Source: Octopus sinensis
Lineage: Eukaryota
Assembly (NCBI RefSeq): GCF_006345805.1
Contig: NC_043004.1
Span: forward strand, 76,012,001-76,076,000
Length of the DNA stretch: 64,000 nt
Direction of reading: 5' to 3'
Below are positions 1-11,450 of this stretch, one piece after another. Within the stretch, counting starts at the first letter, position 1. Every line of letters starts with the position of its first letter. Both the position numbers and the translations under genes were made by a program. Under the pieces are notes generated by a model, which saw nothing but the letters and a program-made list of their open reading frames with translations, was not told the DNA's origin and did not search any database.

Positions 1-601
1 CGGAATGGGTGCCAGTTACGAAACACCAGCATTGGCCATGACTACGATCTTCTCATGCACTGTATATCGCCAAAGGTCTTGGTCACTTGTCCCTGCTTCC
101 GTGAGGCAGTGACATTCTGTGTTCAAATTCAGCTGTGGTCATTTTTGCCTTTCCTCCTTTTGGGGTCAGTAAAATAAGTACCAGTCACATACTGGTGTTG
201 ATGTAATTGACTTGTCTCCTCCTCCCAGAATTGTGGAGGCGCATGGCTTGGTGGTTAGGGTGTTGGACTTATGATCATAAGATTGTGGTTTCGATTCCTG
301 GACTGGGCAATGTGTTGTTCTTGAGCAAAACACTTCATTTTACATTGTTTCAGTCCACTCAGCTGGAAAAAAAAATGAGTAATCCTGTAAGTGACTGGCA
401 TCACATCCAGGTGGAGAATTTCTCTGCCACTAAAACCAGGAAACTGGCCCTTATGAGCCTGACATGGCTCGAGAAGGAAAGATTTCTTTATTTCTCCTCC
501 AAAAATTGCTGGTCTTGTGCCAAAACTTGAAACCAATATTTATTTATTTGTCTTCTACATCATCATCATCACCATTCTACGTTGTCCCTTTTTCTTTTCA
601 G

Positions 602-758
602 GTGGTGTATCTTATTCTCTCATCCTGCTGACTATACTCCTGTATGTACCACCGAACTGTCTCAGGCTTGCAAGCTCGTACCAGAATTTACCAAGAGAAA
701 CGTCAAACTTTGTGCTTTGTCTTGTGATGATGTTGAAAGCCACAATGGATGGATTAGG
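602..758 (+). CDS. PRDX6: PRDX6 exon (157 bp) with PVCTTE active site
   Basis: ttttcag acceptor, GTTGGT donor; encodes [15 protein letters not shown]. Confidence 0.96.
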
Positions 759-3700
759 GTTGGTTTAAAAAATTTTTTTGTTTAAGTTTTGACCTGCTAT
801 ATTCTATTTTAGAGCGTGTAAAATTCCCAAGACCCATGGACAACTTCTCTCCAGCGGTCTTTGTCCCTCATCATCGCTGCCATGTCCTGTGTCTCCCAGA
901 GACCAGTGTCTGTCGTTAGGCCATCAACTTATGTCATAATCGGTCTCCCTCTTCTAGTGTGTCTGTGTAGGGGCTCCCGCAGGAGTACTGAGTGCAGTAT
1001 CAAACTCTGAATGACAATGAGCATATCCAGCTAACCTCAGTCTCCTCTGTTATTTTAAAGCTAACTTTTGGGAGGATCTCGTACAGCTCTGAGTTCTTCA
1101 TCCTAAGTCTATACTGATTAACCCTTTCGTTACCGTATATATTTTGAGATGCTCTGTGTTTCTTTCAATTATTTTAAACATAACAAAGAATTTTGTAAAA
1201 TAACTTAGTCATCATTAAGCTAGTGTTAAGAACATAAATTGTGACTAAGGTTTGGTGGAAGATTTTGATTCAGAACTTATGAAAACAAGACATTTGTACT
1301 ACAGAGCCGGAGGCGGTTTTGGACAGGTTGGTATCAAAAGGGTTAATGTTCCAAGCCATCCTAAGTATTCTTGTGTAGCACCCATCCACCATCTTAGTTT
1401 CTTGGCCAGTGTTCATGTCTCAAGACCTGTACAACAGCAGACGCCACTGCAGCAACGAAGAGGCTTGCCATATTTAGCCTCTTAATTTCGAAACTGCCCA
1501 TATCCAGCCTAAATATTACCTAACTTGTACTTATGGTAGCATCCACCTGGAGTGTGTTGAGTTGTCTCTGACCAAGTTCACCACGTCTCTCATTAATGCT
1601 GACTACATCCAGTGGTCTTCTGCAAGGCAGTGCTGGGAAGTTCCTGGCTTTCGGTAAAAGATAATGCAGGAGGATCAGTTGATTATGATTTTATTCAACA
1701 TACTTACCTGACAGAGGTAAGCCCTGTGAAAGAACTCAGATGGTTGGGCCTTCTACCCTTAAAGCCAGGAACGTTTCGACAACCCCTTGTAATTTAAGAG
1801 AAAGTTTTATTTATCTGATAAAACACAGATACTGTAAATGCATTGTATTCATCTTTTAATGACCATTGTCCATGCTGGCATGGGTTGGACGGTTTGACCA
1901 GAGCTGGTAAGCGAGAACTGCATCTGGTCCCAATCTGATTTGGCAGGGTTTTCCATGCTGGTATGGTTTCTGCAGCTGGATGTTCTTCCTAATGCTAACC
2001 ATTTAATAAGTGCTGGGCACTTTTATGTGGAACTGCATGGGGGTCTCTTACGCGGCACCGCATGGGGGTCTCTTACGCGGCACCGCACGGGGGTCTCTTA
2101 CGCGGCACCGCACGGGGGTCTCTTACGCGGCTCCGCACGGGGGTGCTCTTACGCGGCTCCGCACGGGGGTGCTCTTACGCGGCACCGCACGGGGGTGCTC
2201 TTACGCGGCACCGCACGGGGGTGCTCTTACGCGGCACCGCACGGGGGTGCTCTTACGCGGCACCGCACGGGGGTGCTCTTACGCGGCACCGCACGGGGGT
2301 GCTCTTACGCGGCACCGCACGGGGGTGCTCTTACGCGGAACCGCACGGGGGCGCTTTTATGTGACACTGTCAAGAGCTCTTAGGACTGGTCCTAACTTCT
2401 GCAGAGTACGGGTTTTCTTGTACTCTACAGCAGAAGTGTTGAGGACCGGTCACGCTGGTGATGTAAAGCACTTGTTGCAGTTCCATGTAAAACGAAACAC
2501 TGCTACCGTAAATCCATCGTCATCGTCATTGTCCTTGTTTAACGTCCGCTTTCCATGCTGGCATGGGTTGGACGGTTTGACTGAGGGCTGCTGGCAAGCC
2601 AGATGGCTGCACCAGACTCCACTCTGATCTGTCAGAGTTTCTACAGCTGGATGCCTTTCCTAATGCCAACCACTCTGAGCATGTAGTGGGTGCTTTTTAC
2701 CTGCAACCAGCATGGGAGCCAGCCAGGCAGCACTGGCATAAAATTATGTACTTTACTTTGAGAAGCATACTACAACAGCAAAAAGCTTTTTATTTTGTTT
2801 TAATGACCACACAAATTAGCAAGACTAATAAACATTTGGTTTTTGGATTTGGTTTGCAAGATTCTTGATGAGTTCGTGTGTTGAAGCATATTCTGTTGTC
2901 TGGGGAGAGTAATTTTCTTTTTGCGCCTTATAATTTAACACACTCACTGGTAAAATCTCCACTTATTTCTTATTTTTATTTTCCTAAAATTTTCGTTGAG
3001 TCTTGCAACCTTTTCAATAGTCTTGAAACCTTTTCAAGAGTCGACTATTGAAAAGGTTGCAAGACGCAATGAAAATTTTAGGAAAATAAAAATAAGAAAA
3101 ACGGTGAGTGTGTTACATAAGGCACAAAAAGAAAATGACTCTCCCCAGACACAACATAATAAACAACACATTTTCTTTTACTTCTCTAGGTGCTGGATGT
3201 TTGAGAGTTCTGGTTATTTGAGAACCAAATAAGAGGGAGTTTACTGCATGTACACGTTAATTTACCATGAATATGACAAAATTGTTTTAGGTGCAATCTA
3301 AAGTTTTACAAGCTTCTCCCTTTATCTTTTTAATCCAATTTTGTATCCTCTTTTATTTAAATTTCAAAGGATATCAAAAGCTATGCGAAGCTGTCTGAGT
3401 TTCCCTATCCTATCATTTCGGACAAAACCCGGACCCTTGCCACCAAGTTAAAAATGATCGACCCTGATGAAAAGGATGTTGCTGGAATGCCATTAACTGC
3501 TCGAGCTGTGAGTATTTTCTGTTATTCTTTGTCTTTAATTATAACTTTCTTACTATAGGCACAAGGCCTGAAATTTAGGAGAAGGGGATAGCCGATTACA
3601 TTGACCCCAGTGCGTAACTGCTACTTAATTTACCGACTTGGAAAGGATGAAAGGTGAAGCCGACCTCGGCGGAATTTGAACTCAGAAATACCTATTTCTT

Positions 3701-6700
3701 CACTACCCACAAGGGTCTAAACAGAGAGGACAAACAAGGACAGACAAACGGATTAAGTCGATTAGATCGACCCCAGTGCGTAACTGGTACTTAATTTATC
3801 GACCCCGAAAGGATGAAAGGCAAAGTCGACCTCGGCGGAATTTGAACTCAGAACGTAACGGCAGACGAAGTACCGCTAAGCATTTCGCCCGGCATGCTAA
3901 CGTTTCTGCCAGCTCGCTGTCTTGGTTTGTCATTTGTGTGTATCGTTCAATGAAACTAGTCGCAATTCAAGGGGGAGTAATCCACCCGATTAACTGCGCA
4001 TTTTCTATTGGAATTAAAAAAAAAAAAAAACTTTACACGGTTGAATATGTAAGGGAGAGAACTCGTAGACTTCGAGGCTCGCCGATGGTTTTTACATTTA
4101 AGTTTTTTCTTTAATTAAATTGTACGTTTCATAATTAAATATGCTTTAAAATCTTGTAGGTTTTCGTCGTTGGTCCTGATAAGAAATTGAAACTCTCTAT
4201 ACTGTATCCAGCCACAACTGGAAGAAATTTTGAGTAAGTAAATTGCGTTTTCCTTTTTATCTGTTACTCACATAAGATTCAGTGTCACTTAACGTTTTGT
4301 TTTCCATGCTGGCATGGGTTGGACTGTTCAGCAGGAGTCGCGAGCCAGAGGACTGCTCGAATGTCTGCTTCAGCATGGTGTCTACAGCTTGATGCCCTTC
4401 CCGACACCAACCACTTTGCACAGTGTACTGGGTGGTTTTTATGTGACATCAGCTCCACTTGTCACCAAGTAATTCACTGATTCCCCCCCCCATCATTTCA
4501 ACTGACGGAATGTAGTATTAAGGGAAGTGGCTGTTTAACAATAACTACCTTGTCATATGGAGTAGTGGTTAAGAGCACGAGCTACTAACCCCAAGATTCC
4601 GAGTTCGATTCCAGGCAGTGACCTGAATAATAATAATAATATTGAAAAATACCTTAGGAATGAGAGTCCAGGTTCAAAATTTCCCCAAGACACCTAATGA
4701 AGGCTGGAGGGTATATCGGTCAAAACGTTGTGTTAACAACAAACAAGACGAGGACAAATATCTGTCAAATGTAAATACTGTACCTTGTCTGGTGTCATTA
4801 AATCCAGTTTTGAATCTTTTTCATTGAAGTTTTAATAAGCTTTTAGTATTGCAAATTTGTAACAAATATCACTAATATAAGTAGACTATAAGAGCATTTG
4901 TTTCACAATTAATTTTTTGTTCCCCATCAAATAACCAATATTTGACAAATGCTATTTTCATAAAATTTAAAATATTTGAAACGTTTTGGTTTTCTTTTCC
5001 CAGTGAAATCCTTCGTGTGGTGGATTCTCTCCAACTGACTGCTCAGCACAAAGTTGCTACACCTGTGAACTGGAAAGTAAGTATAGATATTAGGTTTTTT
5101 TTTTTTTTTTTGCTATCCTATCATCATCTAATGTCCATTTTCGATGCTGGCATGGGTTGGATGGTTTGACAGGGGCTGGCAAGCCGAAGAGCTGTACCTG
5201 GCTCTAATTGTCTGTTTTGGCATGGTTTCTACTGCTGGATACCCTTAATGTGGCAGACTATTAAATATTCTTAAAGTAAATGGATATGAAATGTTAGGGC
5301 ATGGCTGTTCTGGTGCTGCCTATTTGACATTCGATGTTTTAATGTTCCTCTCTATCTCTCTCTCTCTCTCTCTGATGATGTGTGTGAGCATATTTTTCTT
5401 TCCTATATAAGGAGGGCAAAAGTGTTTGTCAATCGTGTTCAATCAACTCTACCTCTCACTTTCCCCGTCTGTCATCATCATTGTTTAATGTCTGCTTTCC
5501 ATGCTAGCATGGGTTGGATGATTTTGACTGAGGGCTAGCAAACCAGATGGCTGCACCAGGCTCCAATCTTGATCTGGCAGAGTTTCTACAGCTGGATGCC
5601 CTTCCTAACACCAACTACCCCGAGAGTGTAGGGTGCTTGGGTGCTTAAATGTGCCACCGGCATGGGCGCCATTCAGGCGGTACTGGCAATGACCTCGCTC
5701 GAATCTTTTTACATATGCCACTGGCACAGGTGCCAGTAAGGCGATGTTGGTAACAATCACACTTGAATGGTGCCCTTTTTTGTGCCACTGGCACGGAAGC
5801 CAGTTAGCTGCTCTGGCAATGATCACACTCGTATGGTGCTCTGTATGTAGATATTTGTGTGTGTGTGTGTGTGGTGTGTGTCTGGTGCCAAAAAGTACTG
5901 TCGTTAAAACCAATTCAGTGTCCATCTCTCTTCTCCCTCTCTATCCCTCTCACCCCCCACTTTCTCCCACGGTGGTAGCCAAGTATTTGCTCAATAGTAA
6001 GGGGGCTGCCTCTGTCTCTTTATCATACTCTAATCTTTTGTTTCCACTCCCTCTCTCAGCCAAGAGGTCTGTCTTGTGAGTTCATGGGTGCCAGTGCCAC
6101 ATAAAGAGCACCCTGAGCTGGTGCCATTTAAAAAGCACTGATGCCAGTGCAACACCCTAAACACTGGGCCATGTGCCTTCACTTTCATTCTTTCCGGGTA
6201 AATAAATTACCTATCTAAGATGTCCCTCTCTCAACTAAAAGGTCTTTGTCTTGCAAGTTACTTGGCAGCCTCACTGGTGTTGGTGCCACTTTAAAAGCAC
6301 CTGTGTTAGTGCCATGTAAAAAGCACTCGGTACACTCCTTAAAGTGGTTGGCGTTCCTGTTGATGTTGGTGCCACATAAAAAGCACCCAGTACACTCTGT
6401 AATGTGGTCAGCATTAGGAAGGGCATCCAGCCATAGAAACCATGTCAAAACAGACAAATGGAACCTGGTGCAGTTTTCCAGCTTTTTAGTTCTGGTCAAA
6501 CCATCAAATCAGCATGGAAAACGGATGTTAAATGATGATCCTTGGCAGAATTTAATCTCAGAATAAAGAGGCAGATGACTAACTATTCCAATGCATTCAC
6601 ATTATCCCATCAAATGTGTTGCTTCACATTCTTTTGAATTAATCATGCATTTTTTGGAGCATTGAAATTTTGATGTCATTTATTTTTGAACTAGCACTAT

Positions 6701-7447
6701 GACCCGACAATGCCGGATCATATTGCTAGTGCATGCATATACAGCTGCGTGCGTGCGCACATACACGCGAGTACTGTCCAAATTTCTGATCAATCTCGTA
6801 CAGCTAGCTGGCATTCAATTGATTGGGTTTTGGATAGAAAATTTACAAAAAAGTCACTTCTGTTGATTTTTTTTTTTAATGGCTTTGCGGGGTGACTGGG
6901 GAAATGTAAAGATGTGCACGACCACCCTTGGACGGTTTTGAACGACTATAGAAAGTGCGAGCCTTCTAGCTGAAAAATTGTGGAGTTGTATAAAGGACAC
7001 ATGCACACACACACACAGACATTTTGATGTTTATATATATATATATAGAGATGACATTGTTAGGTAGGTGTGACAGATCAGATCTGACCAGTTTGAACAT
7101 AAAACAAATGAAATATTTTGCCCAGATGCAGCTGGTTTGAATGCCAAAGAATCAAAACTTTCTCTAGTTTCCTTCTGTTAATGTTTGGGAGTTTGATTTG
7201 TTGCAATTCTTATTATTTTAACATTTTGGCATTGATTAGAAGGGTCTGCTAAGTTTGAGTAGGGCTAAGAGAAAAATAAAATGGTTTTTAATATATTCCT
7301 TTTCTCTGCTTTTAGCCTGGTGACAAGTGCATGGTTGTACCTTCTGTGCGTGAAGATGAAGAAGCAAAGTTGTTCCCGTCCGGTGTGGAGAAGATTTCAG
7401 TCCCATCCGAGAAATGTTATTTGCGAATGACAGCTTGTCCAAAGTAG
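602..7447 (+). CDS. PRDX6: Peroxiredoxin-6 (1-Cys Prx), 5'-partial gene; coding exons 602-758, 3370-3507, 4160-4233, 5004-5076, 7316-7447
   Basis: Spliced translation [190 protein letters not shown]. It has the peroxidatic PVCTTE motif, GT-AG introns and compatible phases. The first exon lies upstream of the window. Confidence 0.97.
1118..1346. mobile_element. piggyBac-type MITE
   Basis: TTAA TSD, TIRs CCCTTTCGTTACC / GGTATCAAAAGGG; related copies at 27979-28203 and 28229-28331. Confidence 0.82.
2039..2346. repeat. 25/26-bp CpG-rich minisatellite, 12 copies
   Basis: Unit GGGGGT(G)CTCTTACGCGGCACCGCAC; 4 units of 25 bp followed by 8 of 26 bp. Confidence 0.95.
2889..3158. repeat. Fold-back element, family copy 1
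   Basis: TCTGGGGAGAGT...AATAGTC / GACTATT...ACTCTCCCCAGA arms of ~120 bp; same family as 55323-55578. Confidence 0.8.
3370..3507 (+). CDS. PRDX6: PRDX6 exon (138 bp)
   Basis: tttcaaag acceptor, GTGAGT donor; encodes FPYPIISD...GMPLTARA. Confidence 0.95.
4160..4233 (+). CDS. PRDX6: PRDX6 exon (74 bp)
   Basis: ttgtag acceptor, GTAAGT donor; encodes [24 protein letters not shown]. Confidence 0.95.
4554..4790 (+). mobile_element. tRNA-headed element with (AAT)n and a hammerhead-like Penelope-type tail (further copies 19120-19730 and 24745-25192 on -)
   Basis: A-box TGGAGTAGTGG, B-box AGTTCGATTCC, then a GACAC-CTAATGA-A-GGCTG...-ACGT-T-GTGTT fold. The other two copies have intact CTGATGA and GAAA. 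Confidence 0.65.
5004..5076 (+). CDS. PRDX6: PRDX6 exon (73 bp)
   Basis: ttcccag acceptor, GTAAGT donor; encodes [24 protein letters not shown]. Confidence 0.95.
7316..7447 (+). CDS. PRDX6: PRDX6 last coding exon (132 bp, TAG stop)
   Basis: ttttag acceptor; encodes PGDKCMVVP...YLRMTACPK*. Confidence 0.95.
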   Translation, partial: PGDKCMVVPSVREDEEAKLFPSGVEKISVPSEKCYLRMTACPK

Positions 7448-9689
7448 AACCAGATGTGTTTTTATGACTCCAAAACAATCACATGACATTTTTAATTTTG
7501 TCTAACAAAAATATAAACTTTGTTCCTTTTTGTAAAGTAATTTCAAAAAAGTTGAAATAAAAACCATGGGGAAAACACCCCAAAATACATTCTTTTTGTT
7601 TGATCTTTGGTCATCATTGACTGAAAGTGTCCCAGCCATGATTGACAGTTTTTCTCTTGAGCTTTGCATTTATAGGACTATATTAACGCTTTTGGTACCA
7701 ACCTGTCCAAAACTGCCTTTGATATCGTCATCGTTTAACATCCGTTTTCCATGCTGGCATGTGTTGGATGGTTTAATGATGTCTGGAGAGCTAGTGACTG
7801 TACCAGGCTCCAATCTGATCTGGCAATATTTCTACAGCTGGATGCCCTTCCTAACACCAACCACCCCGAGAGTGTAGTGGGTGCTTTTTATGTTCCTCCC
7901 AGCGCAGGAGCCAGTCAGGGATGATATTAAACCCCATCATGCAGTGTTCTTGCTATACTGGGAATAGTTTAAATATCTCTGCTGGATTTCCACTGAAACA
8001 GTAATGAAAAACATCTGCAGAAAAAGAGAAAATATATAAAACACACAACTGATCACCTCTCAGTGACCAAGGCCTTTGGCGATAAGCTGTACTTGAGAAG
8101 ACCTGTTAAGTGAAATCGTGGTTGTAGCAGATACTAGTGTCACACAAATGGCACCTGTGCCAGTGGCACGTAAAAGCGCCCATTACCCTCATGGAGCGGT
8201 TGACGTTAGGAAGGACATCCAGCTGTAGAAACCATACCAAATCAGACTGGAGTCTGGTGCAGCCTTCCAGCTTGCCAGCCCTGGTCAAACTGTCCAACCC
8301 ATACCCGCAAGGACAGCAGACATTAAATGATGTTTATGACTCATTGTTAATGGTGTCTCCCAAAACTGTTGTTTACTCTCGTTTTTAATTGATAAAAAAA
8401 AAAAGAAAAACGATTTTGTGATGAAATGAGTGTATGATGAACCTAGCACTGCCTTGACTGGCTTCTGTACCGGTGGCACGTAAAAAGCACCCACTACACT
8501 TTCAAAGTGGTTGGCTTTAGGAAGGGCATCCAGCTGTAGAAACACTGCCAGATCAGATTGGAGCCTGGTGCAGCCTCCTGGCTTCCCAGACCATGGTCGA
8601 ACCGTCCAACCCGTGCTAGCACGGAAAACGATGATGATGAGCAAGGCCTAGACTCTTTACAGATGAGGAAATTATTGATGATATTCTTTGGATGAAGAAT
8701 TTACACTTATTTAAATAATGAAATTTATTTGAACAATTAAACTGGTAGCAACTGGGGTGAACAAATATGGTGGTTGAGAGACAGGCCTGTTAATATCCTC
8801 CTGAATTTGTGATTCTGTCCATTATTTGGCCTTACTCTTGAGCTGTCTTGGCAACTATTTATTTTTTTTGCTCTGGAGCCCTGGTGGAAATTTAAGGGGC
8901 CCAGGTCATAGAGGTTAAAGGTGAACTAAATTAACACCTTTCATCAAAATTAGTTTATCTACCAGACAATAGGATAATTATGAGTTATCTTATTAAATTG
9001 TTCATTATTTTCAAAACTAATTAGAAACGAATATGGTGTATTTGAATAGGAATATAGTAACAAAAGGGTTAAAAGTTTCTTCTTGAAGTCTGGTAAAATT
9101 TCAGGGTCACTCATCTGTTATTTCTTGTAGTTTAAACAATGTCAATATTCCCTCATCATTTTTATGTATGACAAATGTAGTTTCAAATGTTTCCTGGCTA
9201 AGTATACATACCTGATATCTATATACTCCTTATATATACAGACAAGGTTTTCTTTTCTCTCCCATGTGAATATAAAAGCTACGAATGTATATAGTGTTTG
9301 ATGGCATAAGACATTTTTCTCTTCACAAGATGCCTCAAAAAAAAAAATCACCCTAAAATTGGGTGTATATTACATACTTTAATGCTCCAAAAACTTATTT
9401 CCTGAACGATCAGGCATGGCTGTGTGATAAGAAGTTTGTATCCCACCAACGTTTCCAGGTTCAATCCTGCTACGTGGCACCTTGGACCAGAGTCCTCTAC
9501 TAGTGTCTGGCTGACCACAGCCTTGTGAGTGGATTTGATAGATGAGTGGTTGGCGTTAGGAAGGGCATCCAGCTGTAGAAACTCTGCTAGATCAGATTGG
9601 AGCCTGGTGCAGCCATCTGGTTCGCCAGTCCTCTCTCAAATCGTCCAACCCATGCTAGCATGGAAAGCGGACGTTAAACGATAATGATG

Positions 9690-10140
9690 TTTATTTATAA
9701 ATAATGCGGTTTTTTTATACTTTTTATTTTTCAAAATTAAGATAAACAAAATTCTTTTTTAATCTAAAATATACTCTTCATCTTCTTCAATGCTCTTCCA
9801 TATCTGGTAGACTTGCAAGGCCCTTCCTCCAAAATTCACTTGTCTTTGACAAAAAATACTCCTCCAGTACTGTTCTGATCTCGTCTACAGAATTCCTCTT
9901 TTTTCCATCCAAATGATTTTGAAGACTGCAGAATAAATGAATATAGTGAAGAGGGCATCGTTTCCCATTCAAACTGCTCCAGCCTTTGGAATGTCATCCT
10001 TGCTGTATGTGGCCAAGCATTATCCTGATGGAAGAACACCTTTCATCTTGAAACCAAAGATGGTTGTTTTTCTTCTACCGCTGACTATGCCGAATATGCT
10101 CCTTTGTCACTTCCGTTATTGCTTTGAAAAAAAAACAACT
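9690..10140 (-). mobile_element. Degenerate, internally deleted mariner
   Basis: Frames give EVTKEHIRH (N-terminus), FFHQDNAWPHTA..T...LEQFEWE and LQNHLDGK...FWRKGLASLP. Confidence 0.85.
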
Positions 10141-10994
10141 TAAAATCGAACTGCACTCTTCAAAACTTGCATTAAGAATAAAATTACTACCTGCTTTATT
10201 TGCAAGTTGATACAGGTAGTTAATCTAAATCCTGTCCCCAAAAGAGGCTGAGAGAATAAGTACTGGACTTTAAAAAAAACATATTGGGGTTGATTCACTT
10301 GACTAAAATTCTTGAAGGCTGGAGCAACATTCGAGCGTGGTTGATGCCAGTGCCACCGGACTGGCACCTGTACAAGTGGCACGTAAAAAGCACCATTTGA
10401 GCGTGGCTGATGCCAGTACCGCTTGACTGGCCCTTGTACTGGTGGCACGCAAAAGCACCCACTACACTCTCGGAGTGGTTGGCATTAGGAAAGGCATCCA
10501 GCTGTAGAAACTTTGCCAGATCAGATTGGAGCCTGGTGCAGTCTTCTGGCTTGCCAGTCCCCAGTCAAACCGTCTAACCTATGCCAGCATGGAAAGCGGA
10601 TGTTAAACGATGACGACGATGATGACGAATGTTGAGAACCACTAGTGTAGGGGTGGAAACAAGGTGGAGGGTGGGTGGAACAAATGAATGGAGTAGAAGT
10701 GACATAAGATCAGCTGGTTCTGAAGAAAAGCCACTGAAGTAGCAGCTGAGGGAGAAGACAGCAGTAACCCAGGAGGGGATGGGGGACAAGAAATAGGGGG
10801 GTGTTGGCAAGTAATTTCATCAGCAAGTTTTCTTTTCTTTTTTTTTTTTTTTTTTTTTTTTTTTTAGTTCTCAATCTTGTATGTTTGCATATGTGGTACT
10901 AGTACCATCCAAAATGTGAGAAGAAAAAAAAAAACCATGGGTTTCATCTGGTTTTTTAAAAAATTTTTTTTATTTTTTTTTAAGGTCAAATGTT

Positions 10995-11450
10995 AAGGGA
11001 CAAAGCTAGCTCTGAAGAGGAAAAATTTTAATGTCTAAAAGCATATATCCGGTGTTGAAGTGCTCTACCCTTTAAGTCAAACTGCCGTTGTATACTTAAA
11101 ATTAGATGGCCCAAACACATAAGCAATATGGAGCTATGGCAAAGAACAAATCAAGTTTCGATTAGGGAGCAAATATTTAAGAAAAACTGGAAGTGGATTA
11201 GTAGCACAATTAGAAAAGACACACCAAATGTAGCGAAAAGTGCTTTAAAGTGGAAACCAGATGGATATAGAAAGACAGGTAGGCCTAAGAACTCGTGGCG
11301 GGGATCAACACAAAAAGAACTAGAGAAAGAGGGACTTTCATGGCAGATTATAAGTACAGAAATTATGTGACATGGAATTCAACTATAAGTGGCCTATACT
11401 CCATGTTGGATGGTTAAAGGCGTAAAGAAAGAAGAAAAGCATATAACGGA
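10995..11450 (+). mobile_element. RTE-type LINE 3' fragment
   Basis: ELWQRTNQ.SI..QI.K..WKWI..T.RK....AK.AL.W.P.G.RK.GRPKNSW. Confidence 0.8.

Noticed and set aside
1940-2627. Three overlapping repetitive ORFs, and a superficially CRISPR-like array
   Set aside because: They are translations of the 26-bp minisatellite; the repeats are contiguous with no unique spacers and there are no cas genes in a eukaryotic context.
4554-4623. tRNA genes (this and the other SINE heads)
   Set aside because: A and B boxes are present but there is no complete acceptor stem or cloverleaf, and the heads run into SINE bodies.
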